Position numbers and translations under genes: made by a program. 64,000 nucleotides of DNA. It comes from Candidatus Marinacidobacterales bacterium (lineage in GTDB: Bacteria > Acidobacteriota > Vicinamibacteria > Marinacidobacterales > SMYC01). The stretch covers positions 8,032,001-8,096,000 of the forward strand of contig OZ250169.1 of assembly GCA_965237955.1 (NCBI GenBank), read 5' to 3'. Of this stretch, positions 61,371-64,000 are shown piece by piece (position 1 is the first letter of the stretch; every line of letters starts with the position of its first letter). The notes below the pieces were generated by a model that saw nothing but the letters and a program-made list of their open reading frames with translations, was not told where the DNA came from and did no database searches.

Positions 61371-61484
61371 GACCCTCGGGACAGACGATTGTAAAGCCTA
61401 CGGCCCTTGGCCCGGTCGCAAACACAGACACTAAGCTGCTGATTTATGGCCTATTTCAAAAGGGCCGAGTTTTGGCACAGGACG
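61371..61484 (-). mobile_element. Solo left end of the CGTCC-type element
   Basis: Matches 57735-57847. Confidence 0.85.
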
Positions 61485-61630
61485 GGGTTCTCTTCCACGC
61501 GGACATTAATCTCGTGACGGATGGCGTGCTCCATCTCGCTCGCCTTCGCCTCGTCGGTCTTGAGCGCATCAACCTTCTCTTCAAACTCCCGGCGAGAAAA
61601 GCTGAACCTCCTTGACCAGGATCTGGATGC

Positions 61631-61858
61631 CGGCCGCTCGACAGCTACGAAACCGTCCTGAACTTCATACGGACCACCAAGACCAAGACCGGGCTCAAGG
61701 TAAACGCCCGTCTCGTCAAGAAGCAGTATGCCAAGGGCATCAAAATCTCAGACCCAGCGATGACAGTACTAAACTTCAAACGACCCACTTCGCTGCCGAA
61801 ATGGAACTACACATTGCGTCCATCCAAGAATGGGAAATAATTTTTGCCGGTGTGCTAG
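61631..61858 (+). mobile_element. ISAzo13 transposase C-terminal remnant
   Basis: RPLDSYETVLNFIRTTKTKTGLKV...Y.KGIKISD...WNYTL. Confidence 0.75.
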
Positions 61859-61869
61859 TATCGCCTGCC

Positions 61870-62610
61870 ATGGCGCTGCGAGAGGAGCTGACGGTGGCGG
61901 GGGCGTTCTTGTTCCGCTGGCGCAGTTATTTTCCGCTAGGTGCCCTGGTCCTCGTAGTGTCCCAGATGCGTCACGTCGCGCACGGTGGCGCGCGGTATCC
62001 CGACAGCCTTCCCTGGGGAGCATTGTGTCTCGTGGTCGCTCTCGCCGGTCTCGGTGTGAGGGCCTACGTCGCCGGCCATGTGCCACAGGGCACGTCGGGA
62101 CGCAACACTCGATCTCAAATCTGCGAAGGGCTCAACACGGATGGCGCCTATTCGATGGTCCGTCACCCACTGTACCTCGGCAATTTCTTCATCTGGCTGG
62201 GTGTAGCGCTCGTACCGCGAAGCGCGTGGCTATTGCTTCTGGTTACGGCCGCGTTCTGGATCTACTACGAGCGGATCATGTATGCGGAGGAGGAGTTTCT
62301 TCGGAACAAGTTCGGCGAGCGTTACCTCTTCTGGGCACGAACCACACCCGCGTTCCTGCCCAACCCTCGGCTCTTCCGTCGACCCTCGTTGCCATTCTCG
62401 CTTCGGACCGTTCTTCGAAGGGAGTGCTCGAGCTGGTTCGGGGTCATCGCGTCGTTTGCGTTGCTCGAGACGATGGCGAATTCGAGTGCTCATGGTCGCC
62501 TCGGGCTCGGCGCGGGCTGGACGACGTTGGTGACCATCTGCGGCCTCACCTATGTGGCGTTGCGGTGCGTGAAGCGACGTACCCATTGGCTGGACGTCGC
62601 GGGACGCTGA
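61870..62610 (+). CDS. ICMT/PEMT-family membrane methyltransferase, LmtA-like (lipid A phosphate methyltransferase)
   Basis: MAL.EE...G..LFRWRSY.P, TSGRNT, G.YS.VRHPLY.GN, EE.FL..KFG. Confidence 0.8.
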   Translation: MALREELTVAGAFLFRWRSYFPLGALVLVVSQMRHVAHGGARYPDSLPWGALCLVVALAGLGVRAYVAGHVPQGTSGRNTRSQICEGLNTDGAYSMVRHPLYLGNFFIWLGVALVPRSAWLLLLVTAAFWIYYERIMYAEEEFLRNKFGERYLFWARTTPAFLPNPRLFRRPSLPFSLRTVLRRECSSWFGVIASFALLETMANSSAHGRLGLGAGWTTLVTICGLTYVALRCVKRRTHWLDVAGR

Positions 62611-62657
62611 GTGCGAGGTTTCAGCATTCCTTCAGAGTTCTCGCCTAAACTGAGCGG

Positions 62658-62797
62658 GTGGAAATCCTGATCGTGGAGGACGACGAGCGCATGGCGTCCC
62701 TCCTGAAGCGAGGCCTCGAGAAGGAAGGCCATGTCGCGACCCTCACGGCAGACGGCCCAGAAGGGCTCGACTTCGCAATGTCGCGCACCTTCGACCT
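62658..62797 (+). pseudogene. Response regulator receiver N-terminus, truncated by a CGTCC end
   Basis: ILIVEDD..MA..L..GL..EG...DG.EGL...FDLV. Confidence 0.8.
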
Positions 62798-63090
62798 CGT
62801 CCTGTGCCAAAACTCGGCCCTTTTGAAATAGACCACAAATCAGCAGCTTAGACGCCCTTGGAATCCGCGCAGAAGCGAGGGTATCTCGCGCCGCAGGGCT
62901 GTCTTCCGACCTGTGCCTTCTATTTTATTCATCCGCGGGCACCAGCTCGCGACGAGCCTTGAAGGCAGAGATGAGAGCAAGAACAAACGACGAAATCATG
63001 TAGGTATGGTGCCGGTAGACCGAAGACCAATCAAGTTCGGGGCGCGCGGATGAATAAATAGAAGGCACAGCCGAATTTTGGCACAGGACG
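62798..63090. mobile_element. 293-bp composite mini-element: CGTCC ends enclosing a about 160-bp TGTGCC-ended mini-element
   Basis: First about 112 bp match the LSR-unit leader; inner inverted CTGTGCCTTCTATTT ends. Confidence 0.75.
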
Positions 63091-63448
63091 GGGTACCAGA
63101 CGATGCGGCGCCAAAACGACGCGCGAGAATGCCTCAGGAAGCGTCTTCTCGAGCCAGGCCATACCCCAGCAACCCCCCGAAACCAGCCCCACATCGCCCG
63201 GGGTTCGGCCGCGGCAGGTCGCTGCCTACGGGAGCGGGAAGGTCGCTTCGCGTCTTTCCTTACGCCCGCTCCCTCCGGCACCGACCTGCCGCCCCTTGCT
63301 ACACAACACGCAGGTAAGATAGGTTCACGTTTTCAATCAGTGGGAAGGAGGTCACCCAACACTTCATCGTTTCGATGAGCGTTCGGCTTCACCGGATTCG
63401 CTGTTCAGCTTGCTCTGGATTCGGCGTTCACGATGGCTGGAATACGCA
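63091..63448 (+). mobile_element. IS21 copy 4, right-end remnant
   Basis: Reverse complement of 9951-10308. Confidence 0.9.
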
Positions 63449-64000
63449 GTCTGGCTCACGAGGTGACGGCTGGCGGCACTCTTACTCGTGCCACGAGACT
63501 TCAACTTGGCCACGGGTTTGTCCAGACTCGATTCGTAATTTCGGGTCGATACCCCCACCAAGATCTGATTCAACACTCGCTCTGGAAGCGGGTCTTCTTC
63601 GCGGAAGGCTTCGAAGTGTGGAAGCGACGCCTCCTCGCCCGACTTCGAGCGAACTCGAGGTCGCGACACTTGGATGCGACGACCACCGAAGCTCAGCTCT
63701 CCGTTCGTGCTCCCCCAGTGGTTATGAGTTCGCTCCTTCTCGTGCTTGCCCTTGAGCCCCGCGATCTCCTCGGCGTCCTCTCTGAGCAGTAGGTGCAGAG
63801 CTGTCAGTCCTTGCTCGTACACCCATTCCGTCAGATCCGCCTTCGTGGCCGCGATCCCAGCTATCATCGGTAGCAGTATCTGACCGACTTGGCCAACTAC
63901 CTTGCCCGTAGGCGAGTGCGTTTGCTTTCTTACTGGCTTCTTTGATTTCCTAGGCATTGGTGGCTCCTTGTCCCCCTCTGGAGACGGTTTATTGGCAGAC
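63449..64000 (-). mobile_element. IS256 type 2 copy 2, 5' part (start 63957), cut by IS21
   Basis: Near-identical to 7557-8237 without the MITE. Confidence 0.88.

Noticed and set aside
61612-61869. 332-aa methyltransferase start
   Set aside because: The upstream part is out-of-frame ISAzo13 remnant; family similarity begins at MALREE (61870).

Overview
GC-rich bacterial window. A TonB-dependent receptor C-terminus, a redoxin plus Cu-monooxygenase/TPR pair and a CIRCE-controlled groESL suggest Acidobacteriota or a similar lineage (inference only). By my rough estimate about 60% of the window is mobile DNA: IS21 (4 copies), IS256 (several types), IS3, IS5/IS903, IS110, ISAzo13, an IS200 remnant, a 125-bp CTAG-site MITE, and several subfamilies of an unclassified integrase-core (DDE) transposase element. 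Islands of ordinary genes sit between them: M20 amidohydrolase, GH29 fucosidase, an outer-membrane beta-barrel, groEL/groES, xth, an LmtA-like methyltransferase and a PD-(D/E)XK nuclease. The most unusual structure is a network of about 30 transposon ends that begin with non-canonical 5'-CGT (CGTCCTGTGCCAAAACT or CGTCGTGTCCAAAAA). I found no target-site duplication at any of them, the CGTCC type sits in a polar way 3' of an NACCC-like motif, and identifiable neighbours are truncated. The same ends head multi-copy cargo units: three copies of a DUF2924 + large serine recombinase module and two copies of a TlpA gene. Remnants of an integron cassette array (attC) are also visible. All calls come from reading the sequence; no searches were run.
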